Positions 28,434 to 39,850 of a DNA stretch of 64,000 bases are shown one piece after another (within the stretch, counting starts at the first letter, position 1; each line of letters opens with the position of its first letter). Location: NCBI GenBank assembly GCA_043825735.1, contig JBDRRP010000057.1:62001-126000 (forward strand), given 5' to 3'. The notes beneath the pieces are model-generated. The model saw only the letters and a list, made by a program, of their open reading frames with translations. It was not told the origin of the DNA and ran no database searches. The translations under genes were made by a program, and so were the position numbers. The DNA is from Pseudomonadota bacterium. GTDB taxonomy: Bacteria; Desulfobacterota; Desulfobacteria; Desulfobacterales; JBDRRP01.

Positions 28434-31400
28434 ATGCCGAAACGAACGGACATAAAAAAGATCATGATCATCGGCGCCGGGCCGATCATCATCAGCCAGG
28501 CCTGTGAGTTCGACTATTCCGGAACCCAGGCCTGCAAGGCACTCATGGAAGAAGGCTACGAGATCGTTCTGGTCAATTCCAACCCGGCCACCATCATGAC
28601 CGATCCGGACCTGGCGCACCACACCTACATCGAGCCGGTCACCCCCGACATCGTGGCGCGGATCATCGAACAAGAGCGCCCGGACGCCCTGCTGCCGACC
28701 CTCGGCGGGCAGACGGGGCTCAACACGGCCATCGAAGTGGCCAACATGGGCATCCTCGAGCGGTTCAACGTGGAGATGATCGGCGCCACCACCGAATCCA
28801 TCAACAAGGCAGAAGACCGGGACCTTTTCCGGGAGGCCATGCACCGCATCGGTCTGCGCATTCCCCGAAGCGGCATCGCCCACACCATGGATGAGGTGCG
28901 GACCGTCGCCGCCGACATCGGATTTCCCATCATCGTGCGCCCCAGCTTCACGCTCGGCGGCACCGGCGGCGGGGTGGCCTATCACCTCGAAGAGCTGGAA
29001 GGCATGGCCAAGGCCGGCCTCGACGCCAGCCGCATCACCCAGGTGATGCTGGAGGAGTCGGTGCTGGGCTGGAAGGAGTACGAGCTGGAGGTGATGCGTG
29101 ATCACAACGACAACGTGGTCATCATCTGCTCCATCGAGAATGTGGACCCCATGGGCGTGCACACGGGCGAGAGCATCACCGTGGCGCCGATCCAGACGCT
29201 AACCGACCGCGAATATCAGGCCATGCGCAACGCGGCCATCGCGATCATGCGGGAGATCGGTGTGGACACCGGCGGCTCCAATTGCCAGTTTGCCATCAAC
29301 CCGAAGACCGGCGAGATGATCGTGGTGGAGATGAACCCGCGGGTGTCGCGCAGTTCGGCGCTGGCATCCAAGGCCACCGGCTATCCCATTGCCAAGATCG
29401 CCGCCAAGCTTGCCGTGGGCTACACCTTGGATGAGATACCCAACGACATCACCGGCAAGACCATGGCCTCTTTCGAGCCGACCCTCGACTACTGCGTGGT
29501 AAAGATTCCCCGGTGGGCCTTCGAAAAGTTCCCCGAGACACCGGATGTGCTCTCAACGGCCATGAAATCGGTGGGAGAGACCATGTCCATCGGCCGGACT
29601 TTCAAGGAGGCGCTGCAAAAGGGGCTGCGCTCACTGGAAATCGGCCGGTTCGGGTTCGGCGCCGACGGCAAGGACGAATCGATTGCGGTGCCCGATGATA
29701 CCGAAATCGAACAGAAGCTGGCCACCCCCAACAGCCGGCGGATCTTTTATCTGCACCAGGCATTCAAGGCCGGCTTCACCGTGGCGCGCATTCACGAACT
29801 GACCGCCATCGACCCGTGGTTTTTGCATCAGATGCAGCAGCTCGCGGCGTTCGAAGGGCTCGTCACCGAGGCGGGTGATCAGTTGCCCCCAGAGCAGCTT
29901 CGGCGGGCAAAGGCCATGGGATTTTCCGACCGTCAGATCGCGTACCTCACCGGCGCCACGGAAACGGCGGTTGAAAAAAAACGAAAGGCGCTCGGTATCC
30001 GGCCGGTCTACAAATTGGTGGATACCTGCGCGGCGGAGTTTGTCGCCGCAACCCCTTACTACTATTCCACCTACGAGACGGAAAACGAGGCCCGGCTCTC
30101 CGATGGACAGAAAGTGATGATCCTTGGCGGCGGCCCCAACCGCATCGGCCAGGGCATTGAATTTGACTACTGCTGCGTTCATGCCGCCTTCGCCCTCAAG
30201 GAGCTGGGCGTTGAGTCGATCATGGTCAACAGCAACCCGGAGACGGTGAGTACCGACTACGACACCTCCGACAAGCTTTACTTCGAACCGCTCACGCGCG
30301 AAGACGTCCTGCACATCGTGGAAATGGAAAACCCCACCGGGGTGATCGTCCAGTTCGGCGGGCAGACCCCACTCAACCTGGCCACGACACTGGCGGCGGC
30401 CGGTGTGCCCATCATCGGCACCGACCCCAAGAACATCCACCGGGCCGAGGATCGCGAGGAGTTCCAGACCATGCTCCGCAAGCTCGGTCTGGTGCAGCCG
30501 GAAAACGGCATCGCCAACGCCGTCGAAGAGGCGGTGGCGGTGGCCGACATCATCGGCTACCCCGTGATCGTCCGGCCTTCCTATGTGCTTGGCGGGCGGG
30601 CCATGAAGATCGTCTACGATCAGAAAGACCTCGAAAATTTTACCCGGCTGGCCATGGCGGCCTCCCCCGAGCACCCGGTGCTCATCGACAAGTTTCTTGA
30701 AAACGCCGTGGAATGCGACGTGGACGCCATCAGCGACGGCCAGTGCACGATCATCGGGGGCATCATGGAGCACATCGAAGAGGCCGGGGTGCATTCGGGT
30801 GACAGCGCGTGCGTGCTGCCGCCCTACAGTATTTCCCGGGCCCGGATGGACGAGATCGCGCGTGCCACCAAGGCCATGGCCGCCGAGCTCAACGTGATCG
30901 GGCTCATGAATGTCCAGTACGCCATCAAGGACGATCGTCTCTATGTGCTCGAGGTCAATCCCCGCGCATCCCGGACCGTACCCTTTGTCAGCAAGGCCAC
31001 CGGCATTCCTTTGGCCAAACTGGCCACAAAGGTGATGCTGGGCCATTCGCTGGCCTCCCTCGGACTGACTGCCGAGGTCGTACCCACCCACGTGTCGGTC
31101 AAGGAAGCGGTGCTGCCCTTTGACAGATTCCCCGGCGTGGACACCCTGCTGGGGCCGGAGATGAAGTCCACCGGCGAGGTCATGGGGATCGACAGTACTT
31201 TCGGCGCCGCATATGCCAAAGCGCAACTGGCGGCCGGTACTCCGCTGCCCCGGCGCGGGTGCGTGTTCATCAGTGTCAACGACCGCGACAAGCGCGGGGT
31301 GCTGCCGGTGGCTTCCCTGTTCATCGATCTGGGGTTCACCATTGTGGCCACCCGGGGTACGACCGCTTTTCTGGAAACCTTCCAGATTCCGGCCACCCGG

Positions 31401-31649
31401 ATCAACAAGGTGTCTTTGGGCCGTCCCCATGTGGTGGATGCCATCAAGAACCACGAGATCCAGTTGGTGATCAATACGGCGTCGGGCAGTGCCACGCGGA
31501 AAGACGGATACGAGATCCGGCGGGCCGCCCTTCAGTACAAAGTCCCTTATGCCACTACGATCGCCGGGGCCATGGCCATGTGCCGGGCTATTGCGGCCCA
31601 GGCGCGGAAGGATATTTCCGTGCGGACCATTCAATCCTACCACCAGTGA
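28434..31649 (+). CDS. carB: Carbamoyl-phosphate synthase large subunit
   Basis: MPKRTDI, EFDYSG, duplicated ATP-grasp domains, C-terminal MGS domain. Confidence 0.98.
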   Translation: MPKRTDIKKIMIIGAGPIIISQACEFDYSGTQACKALMEEGYEIVLVNSNPATIMTDPDLAHHTYIEPVTPDIVARIIEQERPDALLPTLGGQTGLNTAIEVANMGILERFNVEMIGATTESINKAEDRDLFREAMHRIGLRIPRSGIAHTMDEVRTVAADIGFPIIVRPSFTLGGTGGGVAYHLEELEGMAKAGLDASRITQVMLEESVLGWKEYELEVMRDHNDNVVIICSIENVDPMGVHTGESITVAPIQTLTDREYQAMRNAAIAIMREIGVDTGGSNCQFAINPKTGEMIVVEMNPRVSRSSALASKATGYPIAKIAAKLAVGYTLDEIPNDITGKTMASFEPTLDYCVVKIPRWAFEKFPETPDVLSTAMKSVGETMSIGRTFKEALQKGLRSLEIGRFGFGADGKDESIAVPDDTEIEQKLATPNSRRIFYLHQAFKAGFTVARIHELTAIDPWFLHQMQQLAAFEGLVTEAGDQLPPEQLRRAKAMGFSDRQIAYLTGATETAVEKKRKALGIRPVYKLVDTCAAEFVAATPYYYSTYETENEARLSDGQKVMILGGGPNRIGQGIEFDYCCVHAAFALKELGVESIMVNSNPETVSTDYDTSDKLYFEPLTREDVLHIVEMENPTGVIVQFGGQTPLNLATTLAAAGVPIIGTDPKNIHRAEDREEFQTMLRKLGLVQPENGIANAVEEAVAVADIIGYPVIVRPSYVLGGRAMKIVYDQKDLENFTRLAMAASPEHPVLIDKFLENAVECDVDAISDGQCTIIGGIMEHIEEAGVHSGDSACVLPPYSISRARMDEIARATKAMAAELNVIGLMNVQYAIKDDRLYVLEVNPRASRTVPFVSKATGIPLAKLATKVMLGHSLASLGLTAEVVPTHVSVKEAVLPFDRFPGVDTLLGPEMKSTGEVMGIDSTFGAAYAKAQLAAGTPLPRRGCVFISVNDRDKRGVLPVASLFIDLGFTIVATRGTTAFLETFQIPATRINKVSLGRPHVVDAIKNHEIQLVINTASGSATRKDGYEIRRAALQYKVPYATTIAGAMAMCRAIAAQARKDISVRTIQSYHQ

Positions 31650-31689
31650 GTCGGGCGGTCGTCACACCAACCGGAGAACGGAGACAATT

Positions 31690-33114
31690 GTGGATCACCA
31701 GGGAAAACCAAGAGAGGCCTGCGGGGTATTCGGGATTTACGATCACCCCGAGGCGGCCACGGTAACCTATTTCGGCCTTTACGCCCTGCAGCACCGGGGG
31801 CAGGAGAGTGCGGGTATTGCCGTGTGCAAGGATCGCCAGATGATCCACCACAAGGCCATGGGCCTGGCTTCGGAAGTGTTCAAAGACCGGGACCTGGAAC
31901 GGCTGGGCGGCGGTAGTGCCATCGGCCACGTGCGCTATTCCACCACGGGCAGCTCCGAGCTGCTCAACGCCCAGCCCTTCGTGGTGCGTCATCGGGGCAA
32001 GGCTTACGCGGTGGCCCACAACGGCAATCTGGTCAACGCCCACTCCCTGAAGGCCGACCTGGAGGGGACCGGCAGCATCTTTCAGACCACCATGGACAGC
32101 GAGGTATTTCTCCACCTGCTGGTGAAAAGCCTCAAGGACGGCCTGGAAACCGCCCTGGTCCAGACGGTCCGCCAGCTCAAGGGGGCTTTTTCTTTTGTCG
32201 TGCTCACCAGCCGGGGAGAAGTGATCGGCATCAAGGATCCCTTCGGATTCCGCCCTCTGTGCATGGGCAAGATCAACGGGAACTACGTCCTGGCATCGGA
32301 GACCTGCGCGCTCGACCTGGTGCAGGCCGAGTTTGTCCGGGAGCTCGAGCCGGGGGAAATCGTCATCATCGATCAAAATGGCCCTCGAAGCATCTTTCCC
32401 TTTGAACCGCCGCCGCGAAAGGCCATGTGCATTTTCGAGTACATCTACTTCGCACGTCCCGACAGCACCATCTACGGCCTCAACGTCTACGAGGCCCGAA
32501 AAGCCTTTGGCCGCCGTCTGGCCGCGGAAATGCCGGTGGACGCCGACCTGGTGATGCCCTTTCCCGACTCGGGCAACTATGCCGCCATCGGTTACTCGGA
32601 AGCCTCGGGGATTCCCTTCGAGATGGCCATGATCCGCAACCATTACGTGGGACGCACATTCATTCAGCCCACCCAGAGCATGCGTGATTTCGGCGTGCGC
32701 GTGAAGATGAATCCGGTCAAGGAAATTCTGCAGGGCAAAGACATCATCATTATCGAGGACTCCATCATTCGGGGTACCACCGCCCGCACCCGGATCCGGG
32801 CCCTCAAGGAACTGGGGGTGAACAAAGTGCACATGCGCATCAGTTGCCCGCCGCACCGGTTTCCCTGCCACTATGGCATCGATTTTTCCACCCTTGGAGA
32901 GCTGATCGCCGCCCGGCTCTCCGAAGACGAACTGCGTGATTTCATGGGTTTGGACTCCCTGCACTATCTGTCCATTGACGGCATGCTCAAAGCCACCGGC
33001 ATCCCCTGCCCGGAGCGGTTCTTTTGCAAGGCCTGTTTCGACGGGTGCTATCCGGTGGCGTTCGATGAGCATCTGTCCAAGGACTGTCTCGAAAACCGGC
33101 CGCCGTCGTGTTGA
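31690..33114 (+). CDS. purF: Amidophosphoribosyltransferase
   Basis: Propeptide then CGVFG; LQHRGQESAG; GHVRYST; EYIYFARPDS; PRPP loop IIEDSIIRGTT. Confidence 0.97.
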   Translation: MDHQGKPREACGVFGIYDHPEAATVTYFGLYALQHRGQESAGIAVCKDRQMIHHKAMGLASEVFKDRDLERLGGGSAIGHVRYSTTGSSELLNAQPFVVRHRGKAYAVAHNGNLVNAHSLKADLEGTGSIFQTTMDSEVFLHLLVKSLKDGLETALVQTVRQLKGAFSFVVLTSRGEVIGIKDPFGFRPLCMGKINGNYVLASETCALDLVQAEFVRELEPGEIVIIDQNGPRSIFPFEPPPRKAMCIFEYIYFARPDSTIYGLNVYEARKAFGRRLAAEMPVDADLVMPFPDSGNYAAIGYSEASGIPFEMAMIRNHYVGRTFIQPTQSMRDFGVRVKMNPVKEILQGKDIIIIEDSIIRGTTARTRIRALKELGVNKVHMRISCPPHRFPCHYGIDFSTLGELIAARLSEDELRDFMGLDSLHYLSIDGMLKATGIPCPERFFCKACFDGCYPVAFDEHLSKDCLENRPPSC

Positions 33115-33228
33115 CGCGTGCAGCGCGCGTTAAGTCCGAACGATGAAATTGACCTCATGGCCGGGGTGATATATCATGACGGCGGCGGGTCCCTGTGAAT
33201 CGGCGGATGACCTGACGGCGGAGGCCAC

Positions 33229-33732
33229 ATGAAAGAGTCGAACTATCTGAAAGACAGCATCGAGAATATTCAGAAGCTGTTTACGATTCCGTCCTTGAAC
33301 AAATTCGAGACGAAGTCTCTCGGGCGCCTGATCCGGCAGAGCAAGGTCCGCCAATACGAAGACGGCGAGTGCATCATCCGTGAGGGCGATGAAGACAAAT
33401 GGCTCTTTTTCCTGCTGGACGGCAAAATCCGCATATCCCGCAAAGCCACGGACATCGGTGTCATCTCCAAACACGGTGAGATGTTCGGCGAAATGCGGTT
33501 TCTCGACAACCTCAGCCGATCGGCCTCGGTGTTCGCCGTAGGACCCACCACCTGCCTGGCGGTCAACACCGAGGTGACCGAACGGCTGCCCGCTGCCGGT
33601 GAGGCCGGTAACTTTCTGCTGCTGCTTTACCGGGCCACCGCCGAGTACGTATCCGTGCGCCTGAGGATCACCACCGATGAGCTGGTCAAAGTCAAGAGCC
33701 AGCTGGAGGCGGTGAAAAAGACGCTTTCATGA
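33229..33732 (+). CDS. Cyclic nucleotide-binding domain protein
   Basis: IIREGD, GEMFGEM, RSASV motifs; no HTH tail. Confidence 0.88.
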   Translation: MKESNYLKDSIENIQKLFTIPSLNKFETKSLGRLIRQSKVRQYEDGECIIREGDEDKWLFFLLDGKIRISRKATDIGVISKHGEMFGEMRFLDNLSRSASVFAVGPTTCLAVNTEVTERLPAAGEAGNFLLLLYRATAEYVSVRLRITTDELVKVKSQLEAVKKTLS

Positions 33733-34766
33733 ATCTGACCCCGCGCACCGTCGCCTTCTCGCGGAAGGCCACCAATGTATTCTTTCATATTCTGACCCAG
33801 TGTAATCTGTCCTGCCGGCATTGCTATATCAACCCGGCCCAGCACGGCCGGGCCATGCTTTCCTTGGGCACGATCGACGCATGGCTGGCCGCGTTCGCCA
33901 AGCCGCAGGGACGCGCCAACGTCATCTTTCTCGGCGGCGAGCCGACCCTGCATCCGGATTTGGCCGAGGCGGTACGCATGGCGCGCCGGCATGGGTACGG
34001 TTCCATTACTGTCGATACCAACGGGTACCTGCTTCATGATTTCATCCACCGCGTGACACCCGCCGAGGTGGACTTCATCAGCTTCAGCCTCGATGGGCCC
34101 GATCCCGAAACCAATGACGCTACACGGGGAAAAGGGGTGTTCGACGCCTGCGTGCGTGGTATTCGGGATGCGGTGGCGCTCGGCTTTCGCACCAGTGTCA
34201 TCTCTACGGTCAGCCGAGCCAATATCGCGGCGCTGCCCCGGATGCCGGCGCTCCTTGCGTCCCTTGGCGTAATGCGGTTTTTCATTCAGGTCATCGGTCT
34301 TCGGGGAGCGTCTTCGGACGCGGGCCCGGCCGCACCGGGGGCCGTAAATGCAGCGGGGCTGCAGGTGACCCGGCAGGCGTGGCAGCGCGCCGTTCCACCG
34401 GTGGCGGCGGCGGCGGCCGGTCTTGGCCTCACCGTGACCTATCCCAAGGTTTATCTGGATACCGGGGAGTTGTTCGAATGCGCCGGCAACGTGGCGGACA
34501 ATGTGTTCATATTTCCCAACGGCAGGGTCTACCGCTGCCCCCTGTGCGAGGATTATCCGGTTCACAGCCTGCACATGGTCCAAAACCAGGTCGCGGCCGC
34601 CCCTCGGCTCAATGAGAAGGATTTTTTCAGACTCGATATCGCCGAAGGATGCGTCATGAACAAACTGATCCAGCCGGGAAATATCGACTACCTGCCCGAC
34701 GGCCGCCCGGCGGCGCGTATCGCCTGCTGCTTGTTGAAGGAGGAAATCGTTCCGGCGAAGAGATGA
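33729..34766 (+). CDS. Radical SAM protein with C-terminal Cys-rich (SPASM/Twitch-like) domain
   Basis: CNLSCRHC; GGEP; DTNG; SLDG; C-terminal ECAG, YRCPLC, GCV, ACC; ATGA overlap with the upstream gene. Confidence 0.88.
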   Translation: MNLTPRTVAFSRKATNVFFHILTQCNLSCRHCYINPAQHGRAMLSLGTIDAWLAAFAKPQGRANVIFLGGEPTLHPDLAEAVRMARRHGYGSITVDTNGYLLHDFIHRVTPAEVDFISFSLDGPDPETNDATRGKGVFDACVRGIRDAVALGFRTSVISTVSRANIAALPRMPALLASLGVMRFFIQVIGLRGASSDAGPAAPGAVNAAGLQVTRQAWQRAVPPVAAAAAGLGLTVTYPKVYLDTGELFECAGNVADNVFIFPNGRVYRCPLCEDYPVHSLHMVQNQVAAAPRLNEKDFFRLDIAEGCVMNKLIQPGNIDYLPDGRPAARIACCLLKEEIVPAKR

Positions 34767-34815
34767 TGACCCCCACACTTGAGCTTTATGGATAGAGGTA
34801 TTTTATAATCCATAA

Positions 34816-34903
34816 CTCGCGCAGAGGCGCAGAGGCGCAGGGAAAAGCACTCGCGCAATTCAATTTTCCGGGAGTTCTCTGCGCCTCCGCGTCTCTGCGC
34901 GAG
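34816..34903. repeat. Palindromic element with 8-bp periodic arms
   Basis: CTCGCGCAGAGGCGCAGAGGCGCAG...CTCTGCGCCTCCGCGTCTCTGCGCGAG. Confidence 0.8.
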
Positions 34904-35070
34904 AACGTCTTTTTGGGTTAAGAAACTCCCGTGTGCTCCGTGAACTTAGCAGTGATATGATTTTTTCCGATTGCAATGGCATTCGGTTGTGGCTTGTGCT
35001 TTGGATATCTCGACACTGATTATCGGGTGACCGTTGCCCGATACCAATAGCGCCTGACAAGTCAGCGCTC

Positions 35071-35382
35071 ATGGGGAATTACCCCGGGGGTGCCGTGCCC
35101 ACGATTCGACAGCAGATCATGGCTTGGCTGGAGTGCGGCCCCCACTCGGCCCGTGATTTGTCCGGGCGTGTGGGGATTGCCGAAAAGGAGGTGCCGCTGC
35201 ATTTGGCGCACATTGACCGAAGCCTTGCCGGGAAGGGGCGCAAACTGGACATCATTTCCGCCGGCTGCCAGGCCTGCGGCTTTGCCTTTACGTCAAAGAA
35301 GCGCTACAATCGTCCATCACGGTGCCCCAGATGCCGCTCTGAGCGCACAACGGAACCGGTATTTCAGATTCGGCCCCGATGA
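35071..35382 (+). CDS. HTH/Zn-ribbon transcriptional regulator (COG3357-like)
   Basis: TIRQQI...SARDLS...EKEV..HL.HI; CQACGF; CPRC; alternative GTG start at 35095. Confidence 0.82.
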   Translation: MGNYPGGAVPTIRQQIMAWLECGPHSARDLSGRVGIAEKEVPLHLAHIDRSLAGKGRKLDIISAGCQACGFAFTSKKRYNRPSRCPRCRSERTTEPVFQIRPR

Positions 35383-35417
35383 CAACCCATTTTCACCAAC
35401 CAACAGGAGATAGTTTA

Positions 35418-36218
35418 ATGAAAGCGTTTTTCCGGAGAGCCATAATTGTTGTTTCCATTACCCTGCTCACGTGTTCGGCCGCTCATGCCGGCGCCGTTTT
35501 CGACGGCATTTTGAAATCAGGCGTTTTACGTGTCGGCATTACCGGGGATGCGCCGCCGCTCAATGCCACCGATAAAAAGGGAGACATCATCGGGATGGAT
35601 GCCGATATCGCCGGCCTGATTGCCTCCAATATGAATGTGACGCTCAAATTTGTGAAAATGCCCTTCAACCAGCTCCTGCCGGCCCTGAAGGACAAGAAAA
35701 TCGACATGATCGTTTCCGGTCTCACCATGACCATGGAGCGCAACCTCGATGTGGCCTTTATCGGCCCCTATTACGCCTCGGGCAAGGGGATCCTCACCCG
35801 GACCGACAAGATCGCCGGTCTTCAAGCGCCGGGCGCCTTGAACTCGGGCGCCTTTACGGTAGGGGTGCTCAAGGATTCCACCAGTCAGCGGTTTGTGGCG
35901 CAGTCGGCTCCCAATGCCAAGCTCGTCGCCACCGAAACCTATGACGCGGCCATCGGCATGCTCCTGGCCGGCAAAGTGGATGCCGTGGTGGCAGATCTTC
36001 CCTTTTGTTCCTTTTATGCCTATCGGTATCAGGACAAAGGATTGGTCGCCGGGGAATCACCCATGTCTTTCGAGCCGCTGGCCATTGCCGTGCGTGAGGA
36101 CGCCCTGCTCATGAACTGGTTGGACAATTTTCTAAAGATCTTGAAGGGCAGCGGTGCGTTGAACCTGCTCCATGCCAAGTGGTTCAAAGACGGCAGCTGG
36201 ATCAGCCAGCTCCAGTGA
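35418..36218 (+). CDS. Polar amino acid ABC-type substrate-binding protein (family 3), with no permease genes nearby
   Basis: Signal peptide; GVLRVG; G.DADIA; KIDMIVSGLTMTMERN; C-terminal KWF. Confidence 0.9.
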   Translation: MKAFFRRAIIVVSITLLTCSAAHAGAVFDGILKSGVLRVGITGDAPPLNATDKKGDIIGMDADIAGLIASNMNVTLKFVKMPFNQLLPALKDKKIDMIVSGLTMTMERNLDVAFIGPYYASGKGILTRTDKIAGLQAPGALNSGAFTVGVLKDSTSQRFVAQSAPNAKLVATETYDAAIGMLLAGKVDAVVADLPFCSFYAYRYQDKGLVAGESPMSFEPLAIAVREDALLMNWLDNFLKILKGSGALNLLHAKWFKDGSWISQLQ

Positions 36219-36258
36219 TGGGGCGCGACCTCTTTCAATTGAGCGAAAGGAGGCTACG

Positions 36259-36879
36259 ATGTTCTGGAGACCTTTTTTTCTGGCGGCGCTGATGCTGGCG
36301 CTGGCGCCGGCCTCCTGGGCGGCCCAGGTGTACCAGTGGACCGACGCCGACGGGGTGAAGCACTACACCAACCAGCCGCCCCCCGACAGCGTCGCGGTGG
36401 AATCCGTGGAAAAGGAGATCGCACCCGACCCGGAAGCCGAAAGGCTTAAGGCCGAGAAAGACGCCGCCCTGCTGCTGGAGATCGACGAAAAGAACCGTCA
36501 GGAGGCGGCCGGGGCCGCATTCGAGGCGGGGCAGGATGCCGCCCGAAAGGCGCTGGAGGAAAAGCAGGCCGAGCTGGACGCGGCCGGAGAAAAGGTGCTG
36601 AACAAGCGAAAATACATCGGCCGACACGGCCGGCAGGACATCAACGCCTACGATCGTCTGGACAAGGAAATCAACGCCCTGAAAAATGATCCCAACGCCG
36701 ACCCGCAAACCATTCAACGCCTCGAAGCCGAGCGTGATGCGGTGAAGGAGAAAATCTACACCACTCCCCGGCGCACTCGCAAAGGGGTCGGCCAGGATAT
36801 CGAGAATTACCAGGAGCTGGAAAAAGAAGTAAACGCGTTGAAGGAAACGATACCACCAAAGGAACAGGCTGCAGAGTAA
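36259..36879 (+). CDS. DUF4124 domain protein with coiled-coil tail
   Basis: Signal peptide then VYQWTDADGVKHYTNQPP. Confidence 0.82.
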   Translation: MFWRPFFLAALMLALAPASWAAQVYQWTDADGVKHYTNQPPPDSVAVESVEKEIAPDPEAERLKAEKDAALLLEIDEKNRQEAAGAAFEAGQDAARKALEEKQAELDAAGEKVLNKRKYIGRHGRQDINAYDRLDKEINALKNDPNADPQTIQRLEAERDAVKEKIYTTPRRTRKGVGQDIENYQELEKEVNALKETIPPKEQAAE

Positions 36880-36967
36880 CGGGGGCCTTTCGTGTCAGGT
36901 GTTTGGTAACGGGGATGCTGCGGTCTGGGGCATCGCCGTTTTTCATGACGATGGCGCCGGTGAGGGC

Positions 36968-36997
36968 GCCCGTCGCCGGTCGAGGCCGGCGGCGGGC
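36968..36997. terminator. GC-rich hairpin between convergent genes
   Basis: GCCCGTCGCCGG-TCGAGG-CCGGCGGCGGGC. Confidence 0.5.
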
Positions 36998-37026
36998 ACG
37001 ATTGGAGGGGAGGGCTGGCGGGAAGA

Positions 37027-39063
37027 TCAGAAATCGGTAAAACTGTCATCGTCGTCAAAGGGGATCACATCGCCGGGCCGGACGGTGCCGGACGGCGCAA
37101 TCCCTTTGCCGGGCACCGGCGCCGGGTTTGAAGCATGCCGCCTCAAATAAAGCGGTTTTTTTGTTCGGGGTTTGCCGCGACCGGTGGGGGGCGCTGCCGC
37201 GCTGCCACGGATTACCGAGACAAGGTCGCTCACCAGCGACAGCATCTGCTCTGCCTGAGCGCTCATCTCCTCACTGGCGCTGGCGGATTCTTCGGAGGTG
37301 GCCGCATTTTGCTGGACGACCTTGTCCATTTCAACGACGGCCCGGTTGATCTGTTCAATGCCCTGAGCCTGCTCGTTGGAGGCGGCTGAAATTTCGCCCA
37401 CCAGTTCTCCGACTTTGGAAGCGCTTTCGGCCACTTTGATAAAAGCCTCATTGGTTTCGGTAACGAGTTCTCCGCCCAGATTGACCTTTTTGACGGTCCC
37501 TTCGATCAGATTCGCGGTTTCCTTGGCCGCATCGGCCGCCCGCATGGCCAGGTTGCGGACCTCATCGGCGACCACCGCAAAGCCAGCCCCCGCCTCGCCG
37601 GCGCGCGCCGCCTCGACCGCCGCATTGAGGGCCAGCAGATTTGTTTGGAACGCGATTTCGTCAATTTTCTTGATAATTTTCGATGTCTCTTCACTGGCGA
37701 TGGAGATTTCTTTCATGGAATCCGTCAGCTGCGCCATGGAGTCGTTGGCCTGGCCCACCACCTTATTGGCTTCCTGCATGAGACCGTCGGCCTGGCCGGC
37801 GTTGTCCGCGTTTTGTTTGGTCATCGAAGACATTTCTTCCAGCGATGAGGAAGTCTCTTCTATGGTCGCGGCCTGCTCGGAAGCCCCTTCGGCCAAGGTT
37901 TGGCTCGAGCCCGATATCTGGCTCGAGGCCGAGGACACTTCATTGGCGCTGCGCTCAAGCCCGGCAACGATCGTGTTCACGGGGCCGGTGATCGAACGGA
38001 TGATGATGAACGCCAGAAAAATGGAGATTGCGCCGCCGGATCCAAGTGCGATCACAAGGATCCAGAACACCGTTTTCTTGGCCCGGGATAGAGACGTGAG
38101 GCGGTCCTCTTTGGCTTTCTGTAAGTGGGCGGCCGAGGCAGCCTGCTCGGTGTTGAGCTGATCCGAGATGCTCTTCAGAAAGCTGTTGCCGGTGCTGGTG
38201 AGAAGCGTTCCATACTCGTTGAGGCGCTCGGTGGTCTCTTTTTGCTGAATGAAAATGTCGCGCGTCTCGAGCGTCTGCCGGTAGGCGCTGTAGATCGCGT
38301 CTTTGTATTTCTGGGCTGTTTCCAGATACAGCGGTACATCGAGTGCCTTGGCGGTCTGCCGGATGGAGGCCGTTTCGCCACCCATTTTGGCCTCGAAATG
38401 TTTCGTGAGCGTATCAATGAAATCGAGGTTGTCGGTAAGCAGGTACTGCGATCGCATGGCGGTGAGAAAATCGACCGTTCTGAAGGTCTGCGCGACCATG
38501 GTCTCAAAATGCGACTCCGACGGCGAAAGCTCATCGCCCTGCATCTGCATTTCGAAGCGATTGGCGTTGATTTTTGCTTCCGTCTTGGCCAACAGCTCTT
38601 TCAACGATTTGATTTCACTGATGATCGCTTCATTCAAGCCTTCGATCTGGTTATGCAGCGTGACTACCTTTTTGAAATCCTGCCGGTAGGTCTGCAAAGT
38701 GCTCTCCAGCGTTTCCGTCGCGGCGTTTTTTTCGACGTTTTTGAGCGCATCCAGTGCATAGGAGACGTGTTCCTCGAGACGGGTCTCGTATACCGGATTG
38801 TAAAACTGAAGGTAGCTTTTTTCGGCTATGCGGGCCTGCTGTACGCGCATTAACACATCCTGGATCTGGTTCAGGTGTCTTTGCGCGGTAAGCGATTTTT
38901 CGCGGTAGCCGGTGTTGGCCTGCTCCATCGAAGCAAAGTTTTGATTATTGGCCGTTTCAATGCTCGCATTGGAAAGTGTCTCGATAATGACCACCGCACC
39001 CACGAAAACAAAACCCAGCACGGCCAGAAGGATCAGTTTGAGTTTGATTGATAACTTTTTCAT
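37027..39063 (-). CDS. Methyl-accepting chemotaxis protein with a large helical periplasmic domain
   Basis: Two TM helices; [35 protein letters not shown]-terminal SFTDF. Confidence 0.93.
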   Translation of the reverse strand: MKKLSIKLKLILLAVLGFVFVGAVVIIETLSNASIETANNQNFASMEQANTGYREKSLTAQRHLNQIQDVLMRVQQARIAEKSYLQFYNPVYETRLEEHVSYALDALKNVEKNAATETLESTLQTYRQDFKKVVTLHNQIEGLNEAIISEIKSLKELLAKTEAKINANRFEMQMQGDELSPSESHFETMVAQTFRTVDFLTAMRSQYLLTDNLDFIDTLTKHFEAKMGGETASIRQTAKALDVPLYLETAQKYKDAIYSAYRQTLETRDIFIQQKETTERLNEYGTLLTSTGNSFLKSISDQLNTEQAASAAHLQKAKEDRLTSLSRAKKTVFWILVIALGSGGAISIFLAFIIIRSITGPVNTIVAGLERSANEVSSASSQISGSSQTLAEGASEQAATIEETSSSLEEMSSMTKQNADNAGQADGLMQEANKVVGQANDSMAQLTDSMKEISIASEETSKIIKKIDEIAFQTNLLALNAAVEAARAGEAGAGFAVVADEVRNLAMRAADAAKETANLIEGTVKKVNLGGELVTETNEAFIKVAESASKVGELVGEISAASNEQAQGIEQINRAVVEMDKVVQQNAATSEESASASEEMSAQAEQMLSLVSDLVSVIRGSAAAPPTGRGKPRTKKPLYLRRHASNPAPVPGKGIAPSGTVRPGDVIPFDDDDSFTDF

Positions 39064-39149
39064 TATGATTTCCTGTCGTTAGGGTTTTCCGCGCTATCGA
39101 AAGGTACAGCCGGTGAAAGCCGGGCTGTACCGGCAGGCCCTGGTTGACC

Positions 39150-39710
39150 CTATTGGCCTTTGATTTTTGCGATAACCGCCTCATCATACGTGCCGGCCCC
39201 CACCACGAAAGTCTCGTCACCGAATTGCACCTGTTTGACATAGGAGATTTTGGGGAAGGGTTTTTTATCGCCGGGTTTCGGCCACATGTAGTCGACCCAT
39301 CCGCTGCCTTTTTGTTCGGCGACCTCGTTCATCACTGCAAAAAACAGCTTGCCGTTGGAGTCGGCGAGGTTGATGAGGACTTTACCGTTGAGCTTGTTTT
39401 TAATGGGGTGCATCCGCATGATGCCTTTTTGGTCATGGATCCAGATATAGGTCCCTGCGAAGATGAAATCGGAATCCTTACCCTGGAAGGCGGGGAAAGC
39501 GGCTTCACCCTTTTGGGCTAACAGCGCGCACGCTTCATCGACCTTTTTCATGATCAGATCCGTTGTCAGTGGGTCTTTTTCCGTAGCCACTGCGCGGGCC
39601 TCGGATTCTTTGGCCAGATCGTCGGCACTGATTTCGGCCAGGCAGTTCATCGCCGGGAAAATAAGTGCCAGAGAAACAACAAGACTTATTAAAATCATTC
39701 TTCGGTGCAT
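39150..39710 (-). CDS. Stand-alone exported single Cache domain protein
   Basis: Signal peptide; YIWI, MHP, DSNGK, GWVDYMWPKPG, KISYVK, VGAG. Confidence 0.88.
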   Translation of the reverse strand: MHRRMILISLVVSLALIFPAMNCLAEISADDLAKESEARAVATEKDPLTTDLIMKKVDEACALLAQKGEAAFPAFQGKDSDFIFAGTYIWIHDQKGIMRMHPIKNKLNGKVLINLADSNGKLFFAVMNEVAEQKGSGWVDYMWPKPGDKKPFPKISYVKQVQFGDETFVVGAGTYDEAVIAKIKGQ

Positions 39711-39850
39711 GGTTGCACTCCTTCCGTTAGGGTTGACATTGTTAACTGCGTTGAAAGCCAATACCTTTGAATCCATTTTTACCTGCAGATACGATCGGTT
39801 AAGCAGGAGCACATGGTTGCGAATCGTATCTCAGACCCATGTTGGCGCCT

